Shown piece after piece: positions 1-9,182 of a stretch of DNA of 31,777 nucleotides. Each line of letters begins with the position of its first letter. Positions within the stretch are counted from its first letter, which is position 1. The notes under the pieces were generated by a model. That model was not told the origin of the DNA. It searched no databases and was given only the letters and a program-made list of their open reading frames with translations. The stretch comes from Vicinamibacteria bacterium (GTDB lineage Bacteria; Acidobacteriota; Vicinamibacteria; Fen-336), in NCBI GenBank assembly GCA_036556645.1, contig DATBIZ010000404.1, forward strand, positions 1 through 31,777. The letters run 5' to 3'. A program made the translations under genes and the position numbers.

Positions 1-43
1 CTTTCGTCTGTTCGTCGAGCTTTCGGATGGTGATGCTCGCCAT
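1..43 (-). CDS. 5' end (partial, runs off the window) of a FitA-like ribbon-helix-helix antitoxin / plasmid-stability protein
   Basis: Minus strand from ATG at 43 reads MASITIRKLDEQTK, matching the typical N-terminus of FitA/StbC-type RHH antitoxins (MAxITIRxLDExxK). Not in the ORF track; only 14 codons visible. Confidence 0.65.
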   Translation of the reverse strand, partial: MASITIRKLDEQTK

Positions 44-47
44 GTGG

Positions 48-295
48 GCGGTCGCGCTGGCGCGGATCCCGGACGGTTTCTCGGCGACCGACGCCGGACC
101 CCTCATGTGCGCCGGAATCACGACGTTCAACTCCCTGCGCCATGCCGGTGCGCGATCGGGGGACCTGGTTGCCGTGCTCGGCATCGGAGGCCTCCGATGA
201 ACGAGGTCTTCCCGCTCGAACGAGTGGCCGAAGCCTACGACCGGATGATGAGCGGCAAGGCGCGCTTCCGCGTGGTGCTGACGACCGGAAACTGA
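48..295 (+). pseudogene. Zn-dependent alcohol dehydrogenase remnant (5'-truncated, internally deleted and frameshifted)
   Basis: Frame 3 (48-195) reads AVALARIPDGFSATDAGPLMCAGITTFNSLRHAGARSGDLVAVLGIGGL, then R-stop at 198-200. Frame 2 continues PMNEVFPLERVAEAYDRMMSGKARFRVVLTTGN-stop (295), the normal ADH C-terminus. The Rossmann domain between them is absent. Confidence 0.8.
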
Positions 296-415
296 GTCTG
301 GCGGATATTCGCTGTTGTCTACACCGTCGCGGTGCAGGGTCCGAAGGCAATTCTTTGTCGTGTCACACCGAGCTGCCTCGGCCGCCTTGCGTTGTTCCTA
401 AGTAGTTGCTGGAGT

Positions 416-491
416 TGGTGGAGCTGACGGGGATCGAACCCGTGACCTCGTGAATGCCATTCACGCGCGCTCCCAGCTGCGCTACAGCCCC
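416..491 (-). tRNA. tRNA-Ala (anticodon GGC), CCA encoded
   Basis: Reverse complement GGGGCTGTAGCGCAGCTGGGAGCGCGCGTGAATGGCATTCACGAGGTCACGGGTTCGATCCCCGTCAGCTCCACCA, 76 nt. Cloverleaf folds, G3:U70 alanine identity pair present, TTCGA T-loop. Confidence 0.98.
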
Positions 492-507
492 ACAGGCAGG
501 AACAACG

Positions 508-537
508 ATCGTACCAAGCGGCGCCGCGGCCGGTCAA
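508..537 (-). promoter_or_regulatory. sigma70-type promoter of tRNA-Ala
   Basis: TTGACC (537-532), 18 nt spacer, TACGAT (513-508) with extended -10 TG. Confidence 0.75.
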
Positions 538-565
538 TAGACACGAGCGCGCCGGGCGGCGCCGG

Positions 566-574
566 TGATAGCCT
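566..574 (+). promoter_or_regulatory. Candidate extended -10 promoter for the aldo/keto reductase
   Basis: TGaTAGCCT upstream of the AAGGAG RBS and GTG at 602. Confidence 0.4.
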
Positions 575-601
575 GAACGCAGCAAGCAAAGGAGCCAACC
601 G

Positions 602-1585
602 GTGGAGATGAGGACTCTGGGCCAGAGCGGGCCGCGCGTGTCCGCGCTGGGCCTCGGCTGCATGGGCATGTCCGAGTTCTACGGCCCGCTCGACGAGGGC
701 GAGTCGATCGCCACGATCCACGCCGCGCTCGACGCGGGCGTGAACTTCCTGGACACCGCCGACGCCTACGGCCCCTTCACGAACGAGGAGCTGGTCGGCC
801 GCGCGGTCAAGGGCCGGCGCCACCAGGCCGTGATCGCGACCAAGTTCGCGATCGTGCGCAGCCCGGACGGCACCCGCGCCATCAGCGGAAGGCCGGAGTA
901 TGTCCGTTCCGCCTGCGACGCGAGCCTCAGGCGGCTGCAGGTGGACACCATCGACCTCTACTACCAGCACCGGGTGGACCCGAACACCCCGATCGAGGAC
1001 ACGGTGGGCGCGATGGCCGAGCTGGTCCGCGCCGGCAAGGTCCGCCACCTCGGCCTGAGCGAGGCCGGGCCGGAGACGCTGCGCCGGGCGGTGAAGGTCC
1101 ATCCGATCGCCGCGCTGCAGAGCGAGTACTCTCTCTGGAGCCGCGACATCGAGGACACGCAGCTCCCGGCCGCGCGCGAGCTGGGGATCGGGCTCGTGGC
1201 CTACAGCCCGCTCGGCCGGGGGTTCCTCACCGGGCAGATCAAGCGGTTCGAGGACCTGGCCGAGGACGACTGGCGGCGGGGCTCGCCGCGCTTCCAGGGC
1301 GAGAACTTCGCGAAGAACCTGGAGCTGCTGGCCCGCATCGAGACCATGGCGGAGCAGAAGCGCTGCACGCCTTCGCAGCTCGCGCTGGCCTGGGTGCTCA
1401 GCCGCGGGAAGGACGTCGTGCCGATCTTCGGCACCAAGCGCCGCACGTACCTGCTCGAGAACCTGAAGGCGCTCGAGATCACGCTGACGGCCGACGACCT
1501 GCGCCGCATCGAGGAGCTGGCGCCCAAGGGCGCGGTGGCGGGGGACCGCTATCCGGCGCCGATGATGGGCTACATCGGCCGCTGA
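602..1585 (+). CDS. Aldo/keto reductase (AKR13-like)
   Basis: 327 aa. [16 protein letters not shown] (catalytic D/Y), IATKF (K), [18 protein letters not shown] motifs. AAGGAG RBS. Confidence 0.95.
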   Translation: MEMRTLGQSGPRVSALGLGCMGMSEFYGPLDEGESIATIHAALDAGVNFLDTADAYGPFTNEELVGRAVKGRRHQAVIATKFAIVRSPDGTRAISGRPEYVRSACDASLRRLQVDTIDLYYQHRVDPNTPIEDTVGAMAELVRAGKVRHLGLSEAGPETLRRAVKVHPIAALQSEYSLWSRDIEDTQLPAARELGIGLVAYSPLGRGFLTGQIKRFEDLAEDDWRRGSPRFQGENFAKNLELLARIETMAEQKRCTPSQLALAWVLSRGKDVVPIFGTKRRTYLLENLKALEITLTADDLRRIEELAPKGAVAGDRYPAPMMGYIGR

Positions 1586-1589
1586 GAGT

Positions 1590-2315
1590 TCAAGGCGCGG
1601 CGTCGAGGCGCGCGACCGTGCGCGTCAGCGCGCGCTCGAGGGTCTCCACCGCCTCCTCGCTCGAGCTGACCACGCCGACGAGCGTGCCGCCCACGCGGCG
1701 CAGGCGGACGGTCTGGCCGAGCGCCTCGGCGTCGTACCCACCCTCCATGCGCACCGAGCCCGGCAGCACGAACAGCGAGATGTTCACGTCGTCCCCGGAG
1801 TAGTAGAGGTGGGCGACGCGCCGGTCGATCAGCGCGCAGTACCGCGCGCCGATCAGGACGGCGGAGCCGACCGTCTCCGGCACGACGGGGACGGCGAGGC
1901 CGTCCTTCTCGAACCAGGCCGCCACCTGGCTCGGATCGCTGCTCCACATCCGCGCCGGCAGCTTCGAGCGGCCGAAGCAGCTCGCGTGGTCGCGCGCCAG
2001 CTCCCAGGACACGAACGGCGGCGCCGCGCGCAGCCAGAAGACCACGAGGGCCAGCGCGGCCGCCGCGGGCAGGAGGACCGCGGCGGCGAAGCGCAGCGGC
2101 GACGTCGAGCGCATCTGGCGCCGCAGCGCGCGGCGCAGCCCGGGGGGGACGTCGAGTGGGGCCAACGCGCGCAGGCGGCCGCGCAGCGCGGTCTCGAACC
2201 CGGCCTGCTCGCGGCAGGGCTCGCACTCGCGCAGGTGCGCCTGAAGCGCCGCGCGGTCCTCCTCGGGCAGCGCGTCGTCCACGTACCCGGTGACGCGCTC
2301 GGGGTCGCAGCTCAC
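1590..2315 (-). CDS. Transmembrane zinc-binding (ZAS, zf-HC2) anti-sigma factor
   Basis: 241 aa. Cys3 plus HLRECEPC (HxxxCxxC), one hydrophobic helix (FAAAVLLPAAAALALVVFWL), extracytoplasmic C-terminal domain. Start overlaps the sigma stop (GTGA, 2312-2315). Confidence 0.9.
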   Translation of the reverse strand: MSCDPERVTGYVDDALPEEDRAALQAHLRECEPCREQAGFETALRGRLRALAPLDVPPGLRRALRRQMRSTSPLRFAAAVLLPAAAALALVVFWLRAAPPFVSWELARDHASCFGRSKLPARMWSSDPSQVAAWFEKDGLAVPVVPETVGSAVLIGARYCALIDRRVAHLYYSGDDVNISLFVLPGSVRMEGGYDAEALGQTVRLRRVGGTLVGVVSSSEEAVETLERALTRTVARLDAAP

Positions 2316-2806
2316 GGCTTCCTCCCGCCCAGCGCCTGCCGCAGCAGGGCGCGGCCGCGGTGGATTCGCGACATCACCGTGCCCATCGGCACGTCCAGGA
2401 TCCGCGCGATCTCCTGGTAGCTGAAGTCCTCCACGTCGCGCAGCACCACCGCGTTACGGAACACGTCGGGAAGCGACTCGAGCGCCCGCGCGAGGTCCTC
2501 GCCGCCCTGGGCCAGGGCGTCCTGCGGCGGGGGCACGGCCGGGCCCTCGTCCGCCAGCTCGACCGTGCGCGGCGAGCGCCGCGAGCGGCGGAACGCGTCG
2601 GTCCTGACCCGATGGAGGATCGTGTAGAGCCAGGCGCGGATGTTGCTGCCGGGCGTGAACCCGTCGAAGGCCCGGTAGGCGCGCAGGAAGGTCTCCTGTA
2701 CCAGGTCCTCGGCGTCGTGGGCGTTGCGGGTCATGCGGAAGGCGGTGCCATAGAGCGACCTCAGATGGGGCAGGGCCTCCGCTTCGAACCTCTCCTCGCG
2801 TGTCAC
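2312..2806 (-). CDS. ECF RNA polymerase sigma factor
   Basis: 164 aa. Region 2 (DAEDLVQETFLRAY, AWLYTI) and region 4 (FSYQEIARILDVPMGTVMSRIHRGR). Paired with the downstream anti-sigma. Confidence 0.95.
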   Translation of the reverse strand: MTREERFEAEALPHLRSLYGTAFRMTRNAHDAEDLVQETFLRAYRAFDGFTPGSNIRAWLYTILHRVRTDAFRRSRRSPRTVELADEGPAVPPPQDALAQGGEDLARALESLPDVFRNAVVLRDVEDFSYQEIARILDVPMGTVMSRIHRGRALLRQALGGRKP

Positions 2807-2840
2807 GGCTCATGGCCCGGCACCCGCCTCCACGGTGGGA

Positions 2841-2866
2841 AACGCGCCCGGGCGTCCTCCTATTCC
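2841..2866 (-). promoter_or_regulatory. Candidate autoregulatory ECF promoter
   Basis: GGAAT (2866-2862), 17 nt, CGTT (2844-2841) upstream of the sigma gene. Same form as the SigR/SigH-type consensus GGAAT/C-N18-GTT. Confidence 0.6.
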
Positions 2867-2967
2867 TCGATCTATCGCCAGTTTCCGGGTGTGCGGGAGA
2901 TTCTGACACGCCCGCGGCGGGCCCGGGGCCGGCCGGACGCGCGCGGCCCAGGTTCTTTTATGGTTCG

Positions 2968-2996
2968 TTGACGCCCCCTGCCCGGTGGGCGAGAAT
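2968..2996 (+). promoter_or_regulatory. Candidate sigma70-type promoter for the HTH gene
   Basis: TTGACG, 17 nt, GAGAAT (G in place of T at -12). Confidence 0.45.
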
Positions 2997-3045
2997 CGAT
3001 TGAGAAGCAACGACGTTCCGCAGGGTGTCCCGCGCCGAGCTGCCG

Positions 3046-3429
3046 ATGAAGTACCTCACGACCCTCGAAGTGGCCCACGAGCTGAAGGTGAGCAAGCAGA
3101 CCTTGCTCAACTGGCTCTACGCGGGGAAGATTCCGGAACCGCCCCGCAACCGCAAGGGGTACCGCCTGTGGAGCCCCTCCCGGGTGAGCCTGGTGAAGAA
3201 GCTGATCGGCGAGGGACGCCTGCACAAGAGGACCATCGTGCACAGGGACCCTTCGAACCGGCCGGAGGTCGTGAGCGAGTTCGCGCGCGAGGTCCACCAG
3301 TTCCTCCGCGACGGGAAGGTGGACGTGGAGGTCTTCCTCCGCGAGCTGGGCCGGCTCAACCCGGCGGTGGCGGAGCAGTTCCGCTTCCGCAAGAACGCCG
3401 CCGGCGGACGCAGCTCGAAGACCGCTTGA
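3046..3429 (+). CDS. MerR-like/excisionase-type (HTH_17) DNA-binding protein with an unassigned C-terminal domain
   Basis: MKYLTTLEVAHELKVSKQTLLNWLYAGKIPEPPRNRKGYRLWS is a typical MerR-type winged HTH. ATG 3046 preferred over GTG 3025 because such domains begin there. Confidence 0.8.
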   Translation: MKYLTTLEVAHELKVSKQTLLNWLYAGKIPEPPRNRKGYRLWSPSRVSLVKKLIGEGRLHKRTIVHRDPSNRPEVVSEFAREVHQFLRDGKVDVEVFLRELGRLNPAVAEQFRFRKNAAGGRSSKTA

Positions 3430-3490
3430 GGCGCGCCCTCCTGCACTTCGCGGGGCCCCGGGACGCGGTCGTGCGGCGCGCGGCCGCGCC

Positions 3491-5116
<1,626 letters not shown>

Positions 5117-5127
5117 CCCGGCTCGCC

Positions 5128-5454
5128 CTACTCCCAGGGGATGTCCGGCATGAACAGCCGCGCCACCGGCCGGCCCTCGACCAGGTGCGACTGCACGATC
5201 TCGGGGAGGTCGTCGAGCGTCACCCGCGCGTACCAGACGTTGCCGGGATGCACGGCCACGGTGACGCCCTGGCTGCAGTGCTTGAGGCAGTTGCTGCGGT
5301 TCACGATCACCCGGCCGCCGAGCCCCCGCTCCTTGACCATCGCCTTGAGCCGGTCGAACACGGCTTCCGAGCCCTTGCCCGAGCAGCAGCCCTTCGGGTT
5401 GCCGGGCGGACGCTCGTTGAGGCAGACGAGGACGTGGTGCTCGGGAACGGGCAT
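5128..5454 (-). CDS. Thioredoxin-like [2Fe-2S] ferredoxin
   Basis: 108 aa. VLVCLNER...GCC...NCLKHCSQG...WYARVT..EIVQSHL pattern of the Trx-like 2Fe-2S family. Confidence 0.9.
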   Translation of the reverse strand: MPVPEHHVLVCLNERPPGNPKGCCSGKGSEAVFDRLKAMVKERGLGGRVIVNRSNCLKHCSQGVTVAVHPGNVWYARVTLDDLPEIVQSHLVEGRPVARLFMPDIPWE

Positions 5455-5460
5455 GCGGCC

Positions 5461-5466
5461 ATTGTA
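5461..5466 (-). promoter_or_regulatory. -10 element for a probable leaderless ferredoxin mRNA
   Basis: TACAAT 6 nt upstream of ATG 5454, no SD. Confidence 0.55.
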
Positions 5467-5486
5467 GTCGCCGCTGCGGCCCCGGT

Positions 5487-5516
5487 TTGGACCCGCCGCG
5501 CGGGCCCTGCGATAAT
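5487..5516 (+). promoter_or_regulatory. Candidate promoter for the DUF4412 gene
   Basis: TTGGAC, 18 nt, GATAAT. AAGGAGGG RBS follows at about 5536-5543. Confidence 0.45.
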
Positions 5517-5552
5517 GGCCGCCTCGCCCACGGCGAAGGAGGGTTCAACCGC

Positions 5553-6269
5553 ATGAGGCATCACGTTCGTGCCACCGTCCTGCTGATCTCCGCGGCCGCT
5601 CCCGCCGTCTTCGCCGAGGACATGACCATCGTGTCCAGCGTCACCGTCGGCAAGGGCGCTCCCGCCGTCGCCACGCAGTACATCTCGGAGGGGCGCATCC
5701 GCACCTCGAACACGGAGACCGACACCATCTTCGAGGCGGCCACCGGCCGCGTGGTGGTGATCAACCACAGGAAGAAGGAGTACTTCGAGTTCACCCGCGA
5801 GCAGATGGCGGCGGCCATGAAGCAGCTCGAGGCGCAGATGCAGCAGGCCGGCCCCCTGATGGAGAAGATGATGGGCGGCGCCATGGGCGAGGTGACCGTG
5901 CGCAAGACCGGCACGTCGCGCAAGCTCGCCGGCTACGCCTGCGACGAGTATTCGGTGTCCATGGGCGAGAACCTCCGCTACGACATCTGCGCCGCGCCCG
6001 CGCTGCAGCCGCCGGCGCCGTACTACGACGCGCTGAAGAGCCCGTTCGCGGCGATGGGCCCCATCGCCCGCCGGTTCGAGAAGACGTTCGAGGAGATGAA
6101 GAAGATCAAGGGCTTCCCGCTGGCCATGAACTCCAGCGTCAAGGTGATGATGGTGACCAGCGAGATGAAGTCCGAGGCCACCGAGGTCAAGAAGGGACCG
6201 ATCCCGGACTCCGCGTTCGCGATCCCGGCCGGCTACAAGAAGAAGGACTCGCCGTTTAACAAGAAGTAG
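5553..6269 (+). CDS. Secreted DUF4412-like protein
   Basis: Start reassigned to ATG 5553 (strong RBS; signal peptide MRHHVRATVLLISAAAPAVFA). KTGTSRKLAGYACDEY and GFPL...EATEVKKGPIPDSAFAIPAGY are typical of the DUF4412/GLPGLI-like family. Confidence 0.75.
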   Translation: MRHHVRATVLLISAAAPAVFAEDMTIVSSVTVGKGAPAVATQYISEGRIRTSNTETDTIFEAATGRVVVINHRKKEYFEFTREQMAAAMKQLEAQMQQAGPLMEKMMGGAMGEVTVRKTGTSRKLAGYACDEYSVSMGENLRYDICAAPALQPPAPYYDALKSPFAAMGPIARRFEKTFEEMKKIKGFPLAMNSSVKVMMVTSEMKSEATEVKKGPIPDSAFAIPAGYKKKDSPFNKK

Positions 6270-6285
6270 CGCCGAGCAGCCGCCG

Positions 6286-7134
6286 TTGGACGGGCTGGTC
6301 AGCACCGGATGGCTCGCCGCGAACCTGCATCGGCCGGACCTGCGCGTGGCCGACGTCCGCTGGTACCTCGATCCGTCCCGCCGCGGACGTGACGCGTACG
6401 CGGCAGGCCACGTCCCCGGCGCGGTGTTCCTCGACGTGGACGTCGACCTGTCCGCTCCCGGCGGCGGCCGCGGCCGGCCCGACGGACGGCACCCGTGGCC
6501 GGCGGCCGACCAGGTGGCGCGCGTGATGGGCGCGGCCGGCATCGGGCGCGGCACGACCGTGGTCGCCTACGACGACCAGGCCGGCGCGACCGCGGCGCGG
6601 CTGTGGTACCTGCTGCGCGCGTACGGCCACGACGAGGTCGCGGTGCTGGACGGCGGCCTGGCCAAGTGGATGGCCGAGGGCCGGCCGATCGAGACCGCGG
6701 AGCCGGCCTTCGCGCCGGCCGTCTTCGTGCCCCGCGTGCGCCCCGGCTGGGTGGTCACCAAGGAAGAGGTGGCGGGCCGGCCGCGTGAGGCCGTCCTCCT
6801 CGACGCGCGCGCCGGCGAGCGCTATCGCGGCGAGACCGAGCCGGTGGATCCGCGGGCGGGCCACATCCCGGGCGCGCTCAGCGCGCCGTTCGCCGGCAAC
6901 CTCGGGCCGGGCGCCGTCCCGGTCTTCCGCCCCGCGGCCGAGCTGCGCGAGCGCTACGCCGCCCTCGGCGCGGCCGGCACGGAGCCGATCGTCTATTGCG
7001 GCTCGGGCGTGACCGCCTGCCACGACCTGCTCGCGCTGCACGTCGCCGGGCTGCGCGGCCGCCTCTACCCCGGCTCCTGGAGCGAGTGGAGCGCGGACCC
7101 GGCGCGGCCGGTCGCGACCGGGCCCGAGCCCTGA
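6286..7134 (+). CDS. sseA: Tandem-domain rhodanese / 3-mercaptopyruvate sulfurtransferase
   Basis: 282 aa. GHVPGAVF, LDGGL..W, LLDARAGERY, GHIPGA, active-site loop YCGSGVTAC, YPGSWSEW. TTG start. Confidence 0.9.
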   Translation: MDGLVSTGWLAANLHRPDLRVADVRWYLDPSRRGRDAYAAGHVPGAVFLDVDVDLSAPGGGRGRPDGRHPWPAADQVARVMGAAGIGRGTTVVAYDDQAGATAARLWYLLRAYGHDEVAVLDGGLAKWMAEGRPIETAEPAFAPAVFVPRVRPGWVVTKEEVAGRPREAVLLDARAGERYRGETEPVDPRAGHIPGALSAPFAGNLGPGAVPVFRPAAELRERYAALGAAGTEPIVYCGSGVTACHDLLALHVAGLRGRLYPGSWSEWSADPARPVATGPEP

Positions 7135-7222
7135 GCGGGCGGCGAGTCCGCGCGAGCCGGTCCGGCGTCTCAATCGAAGGCGCGCGCGGCGGTGGGCGGC
7201 GCTGCGCGCCGGGGAGGTCGAT

Positions 7223-8626
7223 ATGAGACGAGCGGCATGGGTCGCGTGGGCGCTGCTGGCGGCGGCGGGCGCGGCCGCGCGGGCGGCGCCGCCCCCCGCG
7301 GTCCCGGACACGCCCGCCGGCCGGGTGTTCTCCGCCTGGCTGGCCGCGTTCAATTCCGCGGACCGCGAGACGATCCAGGCCTTCGACCGCCGGCACCGGT
7401 CCGAGCCCCGCGACGTCGAGCAGACGCTCGGGTTCCGCCGGATGACGGGCGGGTTCACCCTGGTGCGCGTCGAGAAGAGCGAGCCGACCGCGCTGAGCGC
7501 GCTGCTGCAGGAGAACGACTCCGACACGGTGGCGCGGCTCGAGATGTCGGTCACCGCGGACGACCCGCCGCGGATCGTCCGCGCGGAGCTCCTCGCGGTG
7601 CCGCGGCCGGCCGACCTGCAGCTCCCGCGCCTGGGCGAGGCGGAAGCGCTGGCCGCGCTGGCCGCGCGTGCCGACGCGCTGGCGGCGGCCGACCAGTTCG
7701 CGGGGGCGGTGCTGGTCGCGCGCCACGGCAAGCCCCTGCTCCAGCGCGCCTGGGGGCTGGCGGACCGCGAGAGCCAGGCGCCGGCCAACCTCGAGACGCA
7801 GTTCCGCCTGGGGTCCATGAACAAGATGTTCACGGCGGTGGCCACCCTGCAGCTCGTGGACGCGGGCAAGCTGGCGCTGGACGACCCGATCGGCAAGCAC
7901 CTGACGGACTACCCGAGCCCCGACGTGGCCGCGAAGGTCACCGTCCGCCACCTGCTCACGCACACCGGCGGCACCGGCGACATCTTCGGACCGGAGTTCG
8001 AGAAGAACCGGTTGTCCCTGCGCACGCACGCCGACTACGTGAAGCTCTACGGCGCGCGCCCGCTCACCCACGAGCCGGGCGCCGCGCAGCGCTACTCGAA
8101 CTACGGGTTCGTGCTGCTGGGCGCGCTGATCGAGAAGGTGACCGGGCGCTCGTATTACGACCACGTGCGGGAGGCGGTGTTCGAGCCGGCCGGGATGCGG
8201 GCCACCGCGTCGCTGCCCGAAAGCGTGGAGGCGCCGGGCCGCGCGGTCGGCTACCTGAAGCGGGACGGCCGGTGGGTCCCCAACACCGACACGCTGCCCT
8301 GGCGCGGCACGGCCGCCGGCGGCGGCTACGCGACCGCCGGCGACCTGTTCCGCTTCGCGCAGGCCCTCGAGTCGGGCACGCTGCTCTCCAAGGCGCGGCT
8401 GGCCGAGGCCACGCGCCCGCAGCGTCCGAACTACGGGTTCGGCTTCGGCGTCGCGGGCGAGGGGCCGCTGCGCAGCTACGGCCACGGAGGGGGGGCGCCG
8501 GGCATGAACGGCGAGCTGCGCGTGTTCCCGGAGCTCGGTTACGTGCTGGTGGCGCTGAGCAACCTCGACCCGCCGGCCGCCTCGCGGCTCGTGGACTTCT
8601 TCGCCTTGCGGATGCCGGGGCGCTGA
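7223..8626 (+). CDS. Secreted serine hydrolase (beta-lactamase/PBP class C-like) with an extra N-terminal domain
   Basis: 467 aa. Signal peptide, SxxK (GSMNK), LLTHTGG, YSN, HGG motifs. GGAGG RBS. Confidence 0.9.
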   Translation: MRRAAWVAWALLAAAGAAARAAPPPAVPDTPAGRVFSAWLAAFNSADRETIQAFDRRHRSEPRDVEQTLGFRRMTGGFTLVRVEKSEPTALSALLQENDSDTVARLEMSVTADDPPRIVRAELLAVPRPADLQLPRLGEAEALAALAARADALAAADQFAGAVLVARHGKPLLQRAWGLADRESQAPANLETQFRLGSMNKMFTAVATLQLVDAGKLALDDPIGKHLTDYPSPDVAAKVTVRHLLTHTGGTGDIFGPEFEKNRLSLRTHADYVKLYGARPLTHEPGAAQRYSNYGFVLLGALIEKVTGRSYYDHVREAVFEPAGMRATASLPESVEAPGRAVGYLKRDGRWVPNTDTLPWRGTAAGGGYATAGDLFRFAQALESGTLLSKARLAEATRPQRPNYGFGFGVAGEGPLRSYGHGGGAPGMNGELRVFPELGYVLVALSNLDPPAASRLVDFFALRMPGR

Positions 8627-8642
8627 GCGCGCCGGTGGCGGC

Positions 8643-9182
8643 TCAGAGCCGCTCGCGCAGGTCGCGCAGGCGGGGCAGCGAGCGGTCCTTCGCCGAGATC
8701 ACCGGCTCGCCGAGGGGCCAGGCGATGGCGATGTCCGGGTCGTCCCAGGCCACGCCGATCTCGTCTTCGGGCCGGTAGAAGTCCGTGCACTTGTACTCGA
8801 CGTGCACCAGGTCGGAGAGCACGCAGAACCCGTGGGCGAACCCGGGCGGGATGTAGAGCTGGCGGAAGTTCTCGCCCGAGAGCCGCACGCCGACCCAGCG
8901 GCCGAAGGTGGGGGAGGCCGGCCGGATGTCCACCGCCACGTCGAACATCTCGCCCTCGACCGCGCGCACCAGCTTGCCCTGCGGGTGCGCCCGCTGCGCG
9001 TGCAGCCCGCGCAGGGTGCCCTGCACCGAGCGCGAGTGGTTGTCCTGCACGAACGGGCCGGGGATGCCGCCCGCGGCGTACTTCTCCGCGTGGTAGGTCT
9101 CCAGGAAGAACCCGCGCTGGTCGCGGTGCACGTCGGGCTCGACCAGGATCACGTCGGGAAGCTCGGTGGGCCGGAACCTCAC
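8643..9182 (-). CDS. rfbC: dTDP-4-dehydrorhamnose 3,5-epimerase
   Basis: 179 aa from GTG 9182, overlapping the rfbA stop. [39 protein letters not shown]. Confidence 0.95.
   Translation of the reverse strand: MRFRPTELPDVILVEPDVHRDQRGFFLETYHAEKYAAGGIPGPFVQDNHSRSVQGTLRGLHAQRAHPQGKLVRAVEGEMFDVAVDIRPASPTFGRWVGVRLSGENFRQLYIPPGFAHGFCVLSDLVHVEYKCTDFYRPEDEIGVAWDDPDIAIAWPLGEPVISAKDRSLPRLRDLRERL

Larger units (their letters stand above)
1..415. mobile_element. Putative decayed edge of a tRNA-Ala-anchored genomic island
   Basis: Lies directly beyond the tRNA CCA end. Contains a TA-type gene start and a broken ADH. Hand-counted GC of 1-420 is about 64%, with more A/T-ending codons than the flanking genes. 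No integrase or second att copy is visible in the window. Confidence 0.4.

Noticed and set aside
2810-3010. 66-aa ORF upstream of and in frame with the sigma, as a real protein
   Set aside because: Composition looks non-coding and it spans the divergent promoters. Only its last 7 codons are kept, as a speculative uORF.
3046-3429. HTH gene as a prophage excisionase marking a mobile element
   Set aside because: No integrase, att repeats or phage genes nearby, and codon style matches the host.
7223-8626. Antibiotic-resistance beta-lactamase call
   Set aside because: SxxK/YxN/HxG motifs are shared by many esterases and peptidases. Nothing in the sequence specifies beta-lactam hydrolysis.
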